Made by a program: the position numbers and the translations under genes
Shown: piece after piece, positions 34,935 to 45,787 of the stretch
How the letters are laid out: the number at the start of each line of letters is the position of its first letter
Position numbering within the stretch: position 1 is the stretch's first letter
From: Macrostomum lignano
Taxonomy: Eukaryota
Direction: 5' to 3'
Length of the DNA: 64,000 nucleotides
NCBI GenBank assembly: GCA_002269645.1
Contig: NIVC01000003.1
Coordinates: 62,001 to 126,000, forward strand
Notes under the pieces: generated by a model
Database searches by the model: none
What the model was told of the DNA's origin: nothing
Seen by the model: the letters and a program-made list of their open reading frames with translations, nothing else

Positions 34935-35556
34935 TTTGAAAGTTTCAATCAAGTTTTAGCGTTTGATAAACTGTTTGAAGTCTGCAGAGGCTAAGCAGCG
35001 AGGTGTATCGCTTTTCAAAACAATTTACTTGATTTATAAACGCCTCACTCACCACCCCCCCCCCCCCGAGAGCAACAATGTAGGACCGGGACAATTGCCA
35101 TTGGCTGGCTGAGCGTCAAATTTTTAAATGAAGAGTTAATATTTTTGCTATTGGCAAATACGTCACTTTACCATTGCTCTTCAGATGCAAACTATTAATC
35201 AGAGACGTTGTATTCGTCTCACAGTCGTCGCAATAAAACGCGGGCCATCCCGATAGAAAATTAATCAAGAAGCCAAACTTTACAATAAATTTTGCGGCAG
35301 GAACAACGCAATCGATTTATTTGTTGTTCTAAAATATTTGCTCAGTGGTGAATAAAATATTTCAGGTGAAAAGAACCAAGCGAACTTTAAGACCGGGATA
35401 GATGATAAAAATGCAGATATAAAAAATCCTCGTTTGAACGCTGGCAAAAGCAGATTTGGTATCGCAAGGGAGTTTTAAGATCCAAACAGTGAGCGAGTAG
35501 CAAAATGGTCTATTTATAGATGAGCTGAGAACATGCATTTCGTCTCCGCACGCTGC

Positions 35557-36858
35557 TCACGACTTGGCACCGTCCGAGGGCGCTTTCGCTGCGGTCACCG
35601 TTTTTGCCGTCTTCGGCGCGGCACCCTGGTTCGAAGGCGCAGCTTTAGCTTGAGCAGTAACGGTTGCAGCCCTTGGAAGTGTTCCAGTAGATGGAGCAGC
35701 GTTCTTCTTGACTCTTGGCAGGGTTGAAGTAGAAGTCCCGTCAGTTGCTGCTTCCGCATTGCCACTTGAAACAGCCGCAGCTGCACCGTTTGAATTGGTG
35801 CCAGCCTTCACGCCTGCAGTACCGGTGGTTGCCTTGGGCTTGGCGACTACCTTTTTAACCACAGTGGCTTCCGAGGACGCCTTGGGAGCCACAGTGGCAT
35901 TGGTGGTGGTCTTGGGAGCCGCAGTAGCATTGGTGGTGGTCTTGGGAGCCGCAGTAGCATTGGTGGTGGTCTTGGGAGCCGCAGTAGCATTGGTGGTGGT
36001 CTTGGGAGCCGCAGTAGCATTGGTGGTGGTCTTGGGAGCCGCAGTAGCATTGGTTGTGGTCTTGGGAGCTGCAGCGGCATTGGTGGTGGTGGTCTTGGGA
36101 GCCGCAGCGGCATTGGTGGTGGCATTGGCACCGGTCTTGGCTACATTAGCGGCTTTTTGTGGCGCTGAAACAGTAGCAGCCTCTCGAGTTGCAGCATTGG
36201 CGTTCCCTTGAGAAGTAAAAGCGGCGGCGGCTGTAACAGTGGCCGCTTTGGTGCTTTCAGGAGCGGCATGTTTTGCAGACCTGGCAGCCGCGACAGCAGC
36301 CGCAGCAGACGCAACCGAAGCCAGCTGAGCGTTGGCGATGCAACTAGCAACTTCGCTAGGAGCCGCCCTAGTATTAGTACTAGTAGTACCAGTGGCGTTT
36401 GTGATGGCGCTGCTTTTGTTGTTGGATGGTGCGGCAGAATCTGACGACGCCACTGGCTTCTCACTTTTCGGTGGCACGGCAGCGCCAGTAACAGTACTGG
36501 CAGCAGTGACAGCGTTGGCGTGCACAGTAGCAGTCGAGACGGCGGCTGTGCGCGCAACGACGGGCGGCGAATCTGGCGTGTCCGGCGAGTCCACAACGAA
36601 CGGCACAAAATAGCCTTGATCGGAGCGGCCAAGGCCAGCGTTAGACTTTTTGCCGGCCGCTTTGAGAAGCGGAAAGTTGGGACTGCGAAGCTTTGCTTGA
36701 TCGTTTTCCCGAAAGCGGAAGTTGTCCAGCGAGTCCTGCTTCAAGCTGTCATCGTCGCTGTCAGCGGCGCGGGCGTTCTCAATGGCCTCGGTGTTGGCGG
36801 CATTTTTCTCGTCGACGCTGCTTCTCCGCCGGCAGCAGCAGCAGCACAGGAACCGCAT
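35557..36858 (-). CDS. 433-aa Ala/Thr/Lys-rich low-complexity protein with N-terminal Cys string and AAPKTTTN repeats
   Basis: Long ORF starting MRFLCCCCCRRR; in-frame 24-bp tandem repeat at about 35885-36110; a possible GTGAGC donor at the stop codon means a further exon cannot be excluded. Confidence 0.65.
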   Translation of the reverse strand: MRFLCCCCCRRRSSVDEKNAANTEAIENARAADSDDDSLKQDSLDNFRFRENDQAKLRSPNFPLLKAAGKKSNAGLGRSDQGYFVPFVVDSPDTPDSPPVVARTAAVSTATVHANAVTAASTVTGAAVPPKSEKPVASSDSAAPSNNKSSAITNATGTTSTNTRAAPSEVASCIANAQLASVASAAAAVAAARSAKHAAPESTKAATVTAAAAFTSQGNANAATREAATVSAPQKAANVAKTGANATTNAAAAPKTTTTNAAAAPKTTTNATAAPKTTTNATAAPKTTTNATAAPKTTTNATAAPKTTTNATAAPKTTTNATVAPKASSEATVVKKVVAKPKATTGTAGVKAGTNSNGAAAAVSSGNAEAATDGTSTSTLPRVKKNAAPSTGTLPRAATVTAQAKAAPSNQGAAPKTAKTVTAAKAPSDGAKS

Positions 36859-37539
36859 TTCTAGGGACTGTGGTGGTTGATGGGTTTGTATTTTTTGTCT
36901 GCTGCGACTGGCGCTGGGACTTTCATATGCTCAGTTTACGATCAATCGATAAAAGGGTGCATTTATTTAATTGGTGAAGGGGGCGATCGGGGACGGAAAA
37001 ATGGGGGCCTATTGCGGTGACTCAGACTGTCTGGCTTAAGCCGGCGGTGTGCAGCCGGGTTTATCTGCTCTCCTATTGGATCTCGCTGTGGGGTGGAGGA
37101 AGCGAGGGGTAGAGGGGCTAGTGTACATTGCGCCCACCCACGTGTGGCTTTATTCTCCAATCAGAATAAGCAAGAAGGCGCGTCTTGATAATTAGTTTTA
37201 GCACCCACCCACTCCACCAAACCTCCCGGCCTGTAGTTTTTCATTTTTCTCTTCTAATCGGCAGCCTAAAATGCAAGGCAGACTAAAATTATTGCGTATG
37301 GACCAACAGCCACGATTGAGCCACTTACTTAAATCTTACGCTTTGGAATATTTTTGCGTGACGGCAACCTTTTTTACACTACATTTTAAAAAGATCAGCC
37401 GGTGTTTTCAAATGTTTTCAGTCTTCTTCTCATCTCAATTTTGAAGTCATTAGAATATATACAGTATTTTTAAAAGAATTATTTTTGAACGAATGATTTT
37501 GTTTAAAAATTTAAAATTATAATACTGGTTACATCTGTC

Positions 37540-37727
37540 TAGGGATGTCATCCCCGGGGAGCGCTCCCCGGCCTCCCCGGGGTGTACCACCGGGGAGGCA
37601 CCCCGGGGAGGTCCACCGGGGATCCCCGTCCCCGGACAAAAACAATTAAAGAAAAAGTACTATTTATAGTTTTTATATAGTATAGTCATGCGCAACCTTG
37701 GGAATCACTCGGCCGTTTCTATTGGCA

Positions 37728-37817
<90 letters not shown>

Positions 37818-38970
37818 GTCGCTATTGGACGGAATAGTAGTCACGTGACTGCTCTCAGCCAATAGCGACTTACATGTGTGTGTTGCCAATAGAAACGGCC
37901 GGGTGAATCCCTAGGTTGCGCCCAAGCATGATAGTATTATACTTTTTATAGTAAGTAGAGTCACACTCAGTATCATAGGTCGCGAGCTGGACTTTTTAAG
38001 AACCTCTGGGCAATCTGGCTCCCTCCTGACGCTTCTGCACAACGCGTTGCTAACCATTCCAGCCAGCAGCGTTGAAGCAGAGCGAGCCTTCTCTGCTGCT
38101 GAGCTTTTTTAAACAAAAATACGATCAAGATTGGGAGATGAGACTCTCTCCAACCTAACTATTCTACGAGCCCATTTTAACAAAAGAATCTAATTCTAAA
38201 CACAGTAAGGTAACACAGTGCTTCCATGAGTTCGGTTTCAGCGAAAAATTGCCAAAGAAAACGAACATACCAAGTTAAATACATTAAAGTAAAGTCAATA
38301 TAATAAAATAAATGTAAATAGATTCAATGAAATTTGAATAAATAATTGATCAGTTTCTCAGTCTTCAGGTATCTAAAACTGTTGAAGATAAAATCCAAAG
38401 TGCCTGACTGACCAAATTAGGACCATTTTATATTTTCATAGCCTTTTTCAAATGCATTTGCTATACTGATCTAAACTCATGGAAACAATGTGTGTACGCT
38501 CGTAGGATCCGTTTCTATCTATTATGATAAGATATTTGATAAGATTGATTGATAAGATAATAAATAGTGCAGCAATGCCTCGTGTAGTTGTGTTCATATA
38601 TTGTGGCCTTGTGGTCGTGAATTCATGGTTTGAAAGTTTTTATATAATTTTAGTTCTTATTCTTAATAAGTTTTTATTATTTTGAAGTATCTGCTAGAGG
38701 GAGATGCGAAACCTTGAAATCTTTTGGCTGGAGGCTTGGGTGAAGTTGGTTCGCCCCTGGCCCTGACTCCCGTGACAGTATGATTGTGTGAATGAGCATG
38801 AAAACAAAGTAAAGTATTGTAAAAGCACATTGAAAGGTATAAAATATCATTTTCTTAATAGATATTAACAAATTACCATTTAACTCCCTCCCCGGGGATT
38901 CCCCAGGGAAAGGGTTCAAACTCCCCCGGGGACCCCGGGGAGTAGAAAGTCCCGGGAATTGACATCCCTA
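37540..38970 (+). mobile_element. Non-autonomous hAT deletion derivative, 1431 bp
   Basis: 11-bp TIR tagggatgtca...tgacatcccta; perfect 8-bp TSD catctgtc; remnant hAT C-terminal dimerisation domain at about 38000-38190 (LLTIPASSVEAERAFS..*TKIRSRLGDETL); ccccgggg subterminal motifs. Confidence 0.92.
37686..37929. mobile_element. Fold-back MITE family B, copy 1, with a (CA)n expansion, nested in the hAT element
   Basis: Arms gcgcaaccttggga..cggccgtttctattggcaacac / gtgttgccaatagaaacggccg..ggttgcgc; second copy at about 42084-42250. Confidence 0.8.
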
Positions 38971-39084
38971 CATCTGTCTAATCAATGGGCAGATGTGCAA
39001 CCGACAGCTCCGCCCGCAGCCATTGCGCGGCGCATCTGAAGGCTGCGTACGGCTGTTCAGTCTAAGGACTGGAAGGGGGGAGGG

Positions 39085-39235
39085 TTGCCACACCCTCAAT
39101 TACCCCAGCTAATGCTGGCACCCATCTTACAGCTGGGTGAACTGAAGCAATGCAGAGTTAAGTGTCTTGCTCAAGGATACAAATTGTTCCAAGTAGGTCG
39201 AGAATTGAACCCCCGACCTTTCAGTTGTTACGGTA
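39085..39235 (+). mobile_element. CORE-SINE-like remnant, copy 1
   Basis: ccatcttacagctgggtgaactgaagcaatgcagagttaagtgtcttgctcaagg resembles the MIR CORE consensus; second copy at about 54995. Confidence 0.65.
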
Positions 39236-39494
39236 AGAAGACTACCGTATGTATAGACTCTACCTTACAATATATTTCACAAATTGTTAACAGAAGTACA
39301 TCAGGAGTACAATAGTTTAAAATAGATTCATATAGACTCAGCAACATCAGCAACAAAATAGCATAGGCGTAGGAACGTTTCAAAAAGCGGAGGCAAGGTT
39401 CGAGTTCGAGTTAGATTTTTTATATGGAAAATGCACATTATTATGTATCGATTATTTTCAGAATCCGTCTTGTCAGCACTCATTTTATAAAGTG

Positions 39495-40085
39495 CCACAG
39501 GCACTCATTTTAGCGCCGCAGGCCCGCATTTCAGCGCCGCAGGCACTCATTTTAGCGCCGCAGGCCCGCATTTCAGCGCCGCAGGCGCTCATTTTAGCGC
39601 CGCAGGCACTCATTTTAGCGCCGCAGGCACTCATTTTAGCGCCGCAGGCCCGCATTTCAGCGCCGCAGGCGCTCATTTTAGCGCCGCAGGCCCGCATTTC
39701 AGCGCCGCAGGCGCTCATTTTAGCGCTGCAGGCACTCATTTTAGCGCTGCAGGCGCTCATTTTAGCGCTGCAGGCACTCATTTTAGCGCTGCAGGCACTC
39801 ATTTTAGCACCGCAGGCCCACATTTCAGCGCTGCAGGCACTCATTTTAGCGCTGCAGGCACTCATTTTAGCGCTGCAGGCACTCATTTTAGCGCTGCAGG
39901 CGCTCATTTTAGCGCTGCAGGCACTCATTTTAGCGCCGCAGGCACTCATTTTAGCGCCGCAGGCACTCATTTTAGCGCCGCAGGCACTCATTTTAGCGCT
40001 GCAGACACTTATTTTAGCGCCGCAGGCACTCATTTTAGCGCCGCAGGCACTCATTTTAGCGCTGCAGGCACTCATTTTGGCGCTA
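39495..40085. repeat. 21-bp minisatellite (cgccgcaggcactcattttag)
   Basis: About 28 copies just downstream of SIRT5. Confidence 0.95.
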
Positions 40086-40310
40086 TGTTTTGTCGCCCTG
40101 CAGCAAAATACATTCATGCAAAGCAGAAAAAACCAAAAATAAGAAGTCTACATTCTATATTTAAAATGTGGAGTTGCCATGGCCCCATTGGCCCCCCCGT
40201 TCCTACGCCTATGGCGCAAGAGGCGACTTTTCAATGTTGTTGAGTATAAATATTAAAATAGTCTTCAATCGCATGAGTCAATTGCTCAAGGACTCAGGAA
40301 GTCTAGCGGG

Positions 40311-41638
40311 CTACAGTCTGGGCAGGGCCTTGGGCAGAGTGGAGCCGCAGGGCCCGGCAACGAAGTAGCTGACGTCGCTGCTGCTGCAGCTGACGTCCAG
40401 GTTGAATTCGGCCAGCTGGGCGCCGGACCTGCGCGCATCCGGGGCGATCATGGCGGCCGGGTAGACGGCGTTGCTGGTGCCAACCACCAGGACGAAGTCG
40501 GACTTGTTGGCGAACTCTTGCACGCTGCTCAGTTCGCCCTCGCTCAGCGGTTCGCCAAACCAAACCACGTAGGGGCGCAGCAGGCCAGAGCAGCCAGCGC
40601 ACCTGGAAGGTGGCAGGCAGAGATCTATCTGATGTGCAAGATGTGGTGGTGGAAACCGGACAATTTAGACTCATTTTTAGAGTACGCACACTGCCTCGCA
40701 TATCACAAGCTTCGCAAAGAAATCTAAATGTAAAAAATTTGAATTTGAAAGTGCAATCGTTGCACTGCACTTAAATTCTTGGAAAGGCCGAGCTTTTCCT
40801 GCCTTAACAATTTTAGCAAAAGCAGCTACAGTCTTTTAGGGATATTGTACTTTCTTCTTTTTTTCAATTTCAATCTTCAGTTAGTTAGAATAAAAAAGTT
40901 AGTTATAGAAATTACTAATTATTAAAAACTAGTCAGCACTATCCGGATTGGCAATTTTCGGAATCCCCTATGGTCGATCCTGGGATCCTGGGATAGTTAG
41001 AATTTCTGGATCTCGAGTGATTGAAATCCCGGATTGTATTCTCTAATACAGACAGATAGACAGACAGACAGACAGCAAATAATTGTCAGCAGTAACCTGG
41101 GCAGCTGGTCCTCGGGAATCGGTGTGGAGTCGGCCTGCGGGCTGGGGTCGCCGCGGCCGCGCAGTGCCTCGCAGATCGGGCTGTCGTAGTTTTCAGTCAC
41201 AGAGCCGCAGGCGGTGCAGCGCACCAGGAAGAGGCTCCGGTGCAGCTCGATAACGCGGCTGCTGCCGGCCCGCTGGTGCAGCCGGTCGATGTTCTGCGTG
41301 GCCAGCATGAAGTCGATGCCGCGCTTAAGGCAGAATTGTTCGAATTTGGCGATGGCCACGTGGGCGGGGTTGGGCTTCGCGGCCAGCGACTTCTCCCGCC
41401 GGTAGTGGTACAGCTCCCACACCTGGCTGGGGCTTCTCTGGAAGGCCTCCGGGCAGGCCAGCTCAGAGATGGTGAAGCCGCGCCAGCTGCCGGCCGTGGA
41501 GCCACGGAAGGTCGGGATGCCCGACTCGGCGCTGACCCCGGCACCAGTCAGCACCAGGACTCGCTTCGACTGCGACAGCTTGTCGTGCAGCTCCGTCAGC
41601 CGCTGCTCATCCGACTGCTTCTGACCTCTGGTTGCCAT
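40311..41638 (-). CDS. SIRT5: NAD-dependent protein deacylase sirtuin-5 (class III sirtuin), 2 exons
   Basis: Exons 41097-41638 and 40311-40602 join in phase 2; TGAGVSAESGIPTFRG, YHYRR (acyl-pocket Y/R), TQNID, Zn Cys pairs CTAC/CAGC, LRPYVVWFGE, VGTS..VYPAA. Confidence 0.95.
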
Positions 41639-42083
41639 GCCAGATGTCTGAATACGTGTTTAAAGGAGTCCGTGAGCCCTGCTGCAGTCTTATAACATAT
41701 GCCTATATAGTCTGTAGAAAGTGTAACAATGCTAGAATATATGCTCTGCGAGCTGTACACGGCCTCTATTGTGTTGCAGAATTGCAGTCTGCTGCTCTAT
41801 GTTTAGCACAAAATGAATTTCGTTTCAGTTTCTATTGCAGCTAGCTCTGTACTAACTAGAAGTCTAAACTGCATAGCTGAGCAGGCCATAGCTATGAATT
41901 CACCTGAAGTAGCACTACTTTTCGAGCATTCAGAAGTCGCGATGCCAGCCGAAGTGCAGAACTGAGTAGCCGATACTGAAAATCATTCAGAGAACACACA
42001 CGAGAGCGTCAGCTACTGTAATTTGCGTTTCAGCGAATTCCGCCTGTCACAGAGATGTCTACACAATTGGTATCCCCAATGAC

Positions 42084-42250
42084 ATGCTTGGGCGCAACCT
42101 TGGGATTCACTCGGCCGTTTCTATTGGCAACACACACATGTATGTCGCTATTAGACAGAATAGTAGTCACGTGACTGCTCTCAGTCAATAGCAACTTACA
42201 TGTGTGTGTTGCCAATAGAAACGGCCGGGCGATTCCCAAGGTTGCGCATG
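42084..42250. mobile_element. Fold-back MITE family B, copy 2
   Basis: Near-perfect palindrome homologous to 37686-37929, with central gtcacgtgac. Confidence 0.8.
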
Positions 42251-42265
42251 TATGCGCCAATGATG

Positions 42266-42643
42266 TGTAAGACTAAATTTAGGACAACTCCCAACCAATT
42301 ACTACTGCTCGTGTCGAGAAAAATAGACTAAAAAAACTAGAAGTTGAACTGGATGTTGAATACTGTTGAAAATTGAATACTAAGATAAGCCAGTAAGTGG
42401 GCGCAGGGCCCAAACAAGTATATTTATACCAGACATTAACTTAGGGGGTTTGAATTGCAGATAATAAAGAGAGAGGTGGAGTGCGCGACTAAATAGAGAG
42501 GCGAGAATGGAGAACCAATCAGAAGGCAGCAAGGGAGAGAGAGATAAGAATAACAAGATTGAGCTAGACACACAGAGAGAGAGAAAACAGTAAACAGAGA
42601 CAAGTGAAGGTGAACTAAAGAAATGACTAGGAAAGTCGCGACA
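42266..42643. mobile_element. Possible solo LTR
   Basis: Termini TGTAA...GCGACA match the terminal signature of the LTR at 26849-26455; no TSD found. Confidence 0.3.
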
Positions 42644-42704
42644 GCTCGTCAGTAGTAAAATTAGTGGTTAATTTTGAGACTTCCGATAAAAAACCAATAA
42701 GAAC

Positions 42705-43150
42705 CACAGAATACCAAAAAACTAGATGGGTCACTTCTATAAGGGGTATAATATGCTTAGCAAAACAGCCTTCTACTTCCTGTTCAGTAGCAAGAAAGAA
42801 TGCATAAGCTATTTTATAAAAAGAAGCAGATAAAATTACTGATAAGTTTAGAAGCCAAAGCTTGCAGACAATTGATTGAGCCATAAATGTACATTAGCCA
42901 GCGGCACTGGAAATGTACATAGCAGCTTAGTCTGAGCACTATGAAAGCCAATAAAAATTGGGCGGCGTGGCGGGAGGAGGGTGTGGGGTAGAGGCTTTGT
43001 GTGGAGACGCAATTAGAGGGTTAAGTTATAGAAGGGGTTATTAAGAGACAAAAACAACTTGTCTATAAAATACGCTAAAATTTCTCTGTTTAGCGGTCTA
43101 CTGAACTGACAGTAGCTTACGCGCACATTTGCTGAGTGGCCCATCCAATC
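42705..43150 (-). mobile_element. MITE family A, copy 2 (inverted, diverged)
   Basis: Reverse-complement similarity to copies 1 and 3 (gataagtttagaagcc, aatgtacat, gctgagtggcccatc). Confidence 0.7.
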
Positions 43151-43642
43151 ATTTTAAGTTTCCGCGATAATAACCAAACCAATTAAAAAAAGACCAAAAT
43201 AGCGATTTTGAAAGAGCGGCAAAAGTGCATCGGCAAGACGGTTGTAGCGCTTTGCCGGGCTCGCACCATCGTGTACTGCTGTTTATTATCAGGGCCTCAA
43301 GCTCTTGGAAAAAAATGAACTATGACAGGCATTTTAAATAATTTAAATTAGCACTAACGCGAAGGTACCGCTAGAGGACAGGTTCTATTTATCAGTAATT
43401 GAAAGATGACAGTTGAAATGAATTGAAACCTTGAGGCCGGCTTAGCTACAGATTAGGTGCTTTCACAATCCCCGCACCAGTTTCAAATTCCAAAGTTTTA
43501 CGCAGGTTTTGTTCCAGGCCGCAAAGCCAGTGTGCAGGTAACAATTTGCATGAAATTTATTAGAGAAGGGCGAATGTGAAACTCGGGGATTGGGAAGCAC
43601 GCCTCTAGTAGATAAATTGATTCCACTTTCTTTCCACGGAGC

Positions 43643-44086
43643 CACAGATACTAGAATAACTAGATGGGCCACTCAGCACATTTGCGTGTAAACTACTTTC
43701 AGTTCAGTAGTATGTTAAACTGAAGCTTTGCATTTTTAAAGCCAAGGCTCTCATTTATTGGCTCTTACCTTCAGTTTAAACCCTCCAACCGCGTCTTATA
43801 CACTACCCCCCCGCCACCGCCCCAATGTTTATTGCCTTTCTCGGAATTCCAGCCTAAAGCTGCCATGTACATTTCAGTGGACTGGCTAATGTACATTATT
43901 GCTGAACCAATTAGCAAGTTGTTTACGCCAAACTGTTGGGCTTCTAAACTTATCAAAGTCATTTCAGCTGCCTTTATTTTTATAAAATAGCTTATGTTTT
44001 CTTCTCTGCTACTGAACTGAAAGTAGAAAGCTGTTTTACTAAGTATATTTGCCTGAGTGGACCATCCAGTTCTTTTAGTATCTGTG
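43643..44086 (+). mobile_element. MITE family A, copy 3, 444 bp
   Basis: TIR cacagatactaga...ttttagtatctgtg flanked by a perfect 9-bp direct repeat ccacggagc. Confidence 0.85.
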
Positions 44087-44721
44087 CCACGGAGCAACAA
44101 TTTAAAAACGAAACGCTATATCATATCACAATATGTATGATATTATAATTGCAATGGCACACAAATCTACTAGGGGAAGATTACAATCAGAATAAAAGAC
44201 ATGGCATCTGCGTTTCAGCAATATACGAGTAATTAAACTATCGCTGACAGATAGACCTCTGTCGGCGAGGTTTGAACAAAATTGATTAAAATTAAATTTG
44301 AGCATTCATATAAATTGCAACAGGAGACTGTCAGGCTCTTAATAAATCAGATCTAACCCGAGGAATCGCGCATACGGTAAAAGAAGCCACTGGCAGATTA
44401 ATCAGAAAATTTCAAACTCAGCCAATCAAATCGAGACAGCGCAAGTTAAAAGCAAATTTATTATAATAACATTTGCATTTGCAGCGAGTTAAGTGGAGCG
44501 ACAAAATCGCAAAGGAAGTGCAGCAGGGGTCCCGGGTCTGTTTATTGAAGAGCTACAGTAAAAAATCGCATGAAAATTCAATGGCATGGCATGCAGTGGA
44601 ATTAAATGAAACCCACTCATTAATTTAATTAATTTACTGGAAATTGGAACTTTGTTTGCGCTAAATTCATTTGTAAAATTGTTGGAAAGGGAATGCTTGG
44701 CTATTGGGATGATATGAACCA

Positions 44722-45170
44722 CCCCTAGAATGCCCATAAACCACCCCTAATAGCGCCCATAAACCACCCCTAATAGCGCCCATAAACCACCCCTAATAGC
44801 GCCCATAAACCACCCCTAATAGCGCCCATAAACCACCCCTAATAGCGCCCATAAACCACCCCTAATAGCGCCCATAAACCACCCCTAATAGCGCCCATAA
44901 ACCACCCCTAATAGCGCCCATAAACCACCCCTAATAGCGCCCATAAACCACCCCTAATAGCGCCCATAAACCACCCCTAATAGCGCCCATAAACCACCCC
45001 TAATAGCGCCCATAAACCACCCCTAATAGCGCCCATAAACCACCCCTAATAGCGCCCATAAACCACCCCTAATAGCGCCCATAAACCACCCCTAATAGCG
45101 CCCATAAACCACCCCTAATAGCGCCCAAAAAACCACCCCTAATAGCGCCCATAAACCACTCTAATAGCGC
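44722..45170. repeat. 24-bp minisatellite (aaaccacccctaatagcgcccata)
   Basis: About 17 near-identical copies. Confidence 0.97.
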
Positions 45171-45787
45171 CCATAAACAACACCTAGAATTGCCAATAAA
45201 CCTCTAGAATCGCCCTATAAACAAACCTTAGAATTAGCCACACCTAGAGAGCGTACGGTAAAAGTTCGAGGTACCACTTGATACTCCGAAGAAAAAAATT
45301 TGTAAGTTAAAAACTCGAACCGAGTCGATAAAATATTGAGTCATTTGAGTCATTTCAATTATACAACGATTGGATTCAGTCAGCAGTTCCAATTGAAGTT
45401 TCCGCCTAAGCTACTCATTAGCGCTACTCAGATCAGTAGTTGGTATTGCATGAATAAATAAAATAGAAATGGAAAAGAAAGACACGCAGATTTACTGAAC
45501 TAGATGCAAATTTACTAAAACAATCGCCAGATTTTTCTATACTACTTCCCAGTAGGCAGCGGTGATGATTGAAAATAATCAGCGAGTAATGAACAAAGCA
45601 CAATTCGCGCAAAGTGGTCCCAAAGCAGTCAATCTGGTTTATAATATTTTCTATTGATGCACTCGCTGGGACAGGTAAAAATGAAAACAATCTACGGAGA
45701 TCTAAGAATCGAACTGATAGGAATTTGCACGGACCCGGAATGCGGCCGAGCGGTCCCCAGCTGGATGAGGGACGGGGGCGCCCGGCG

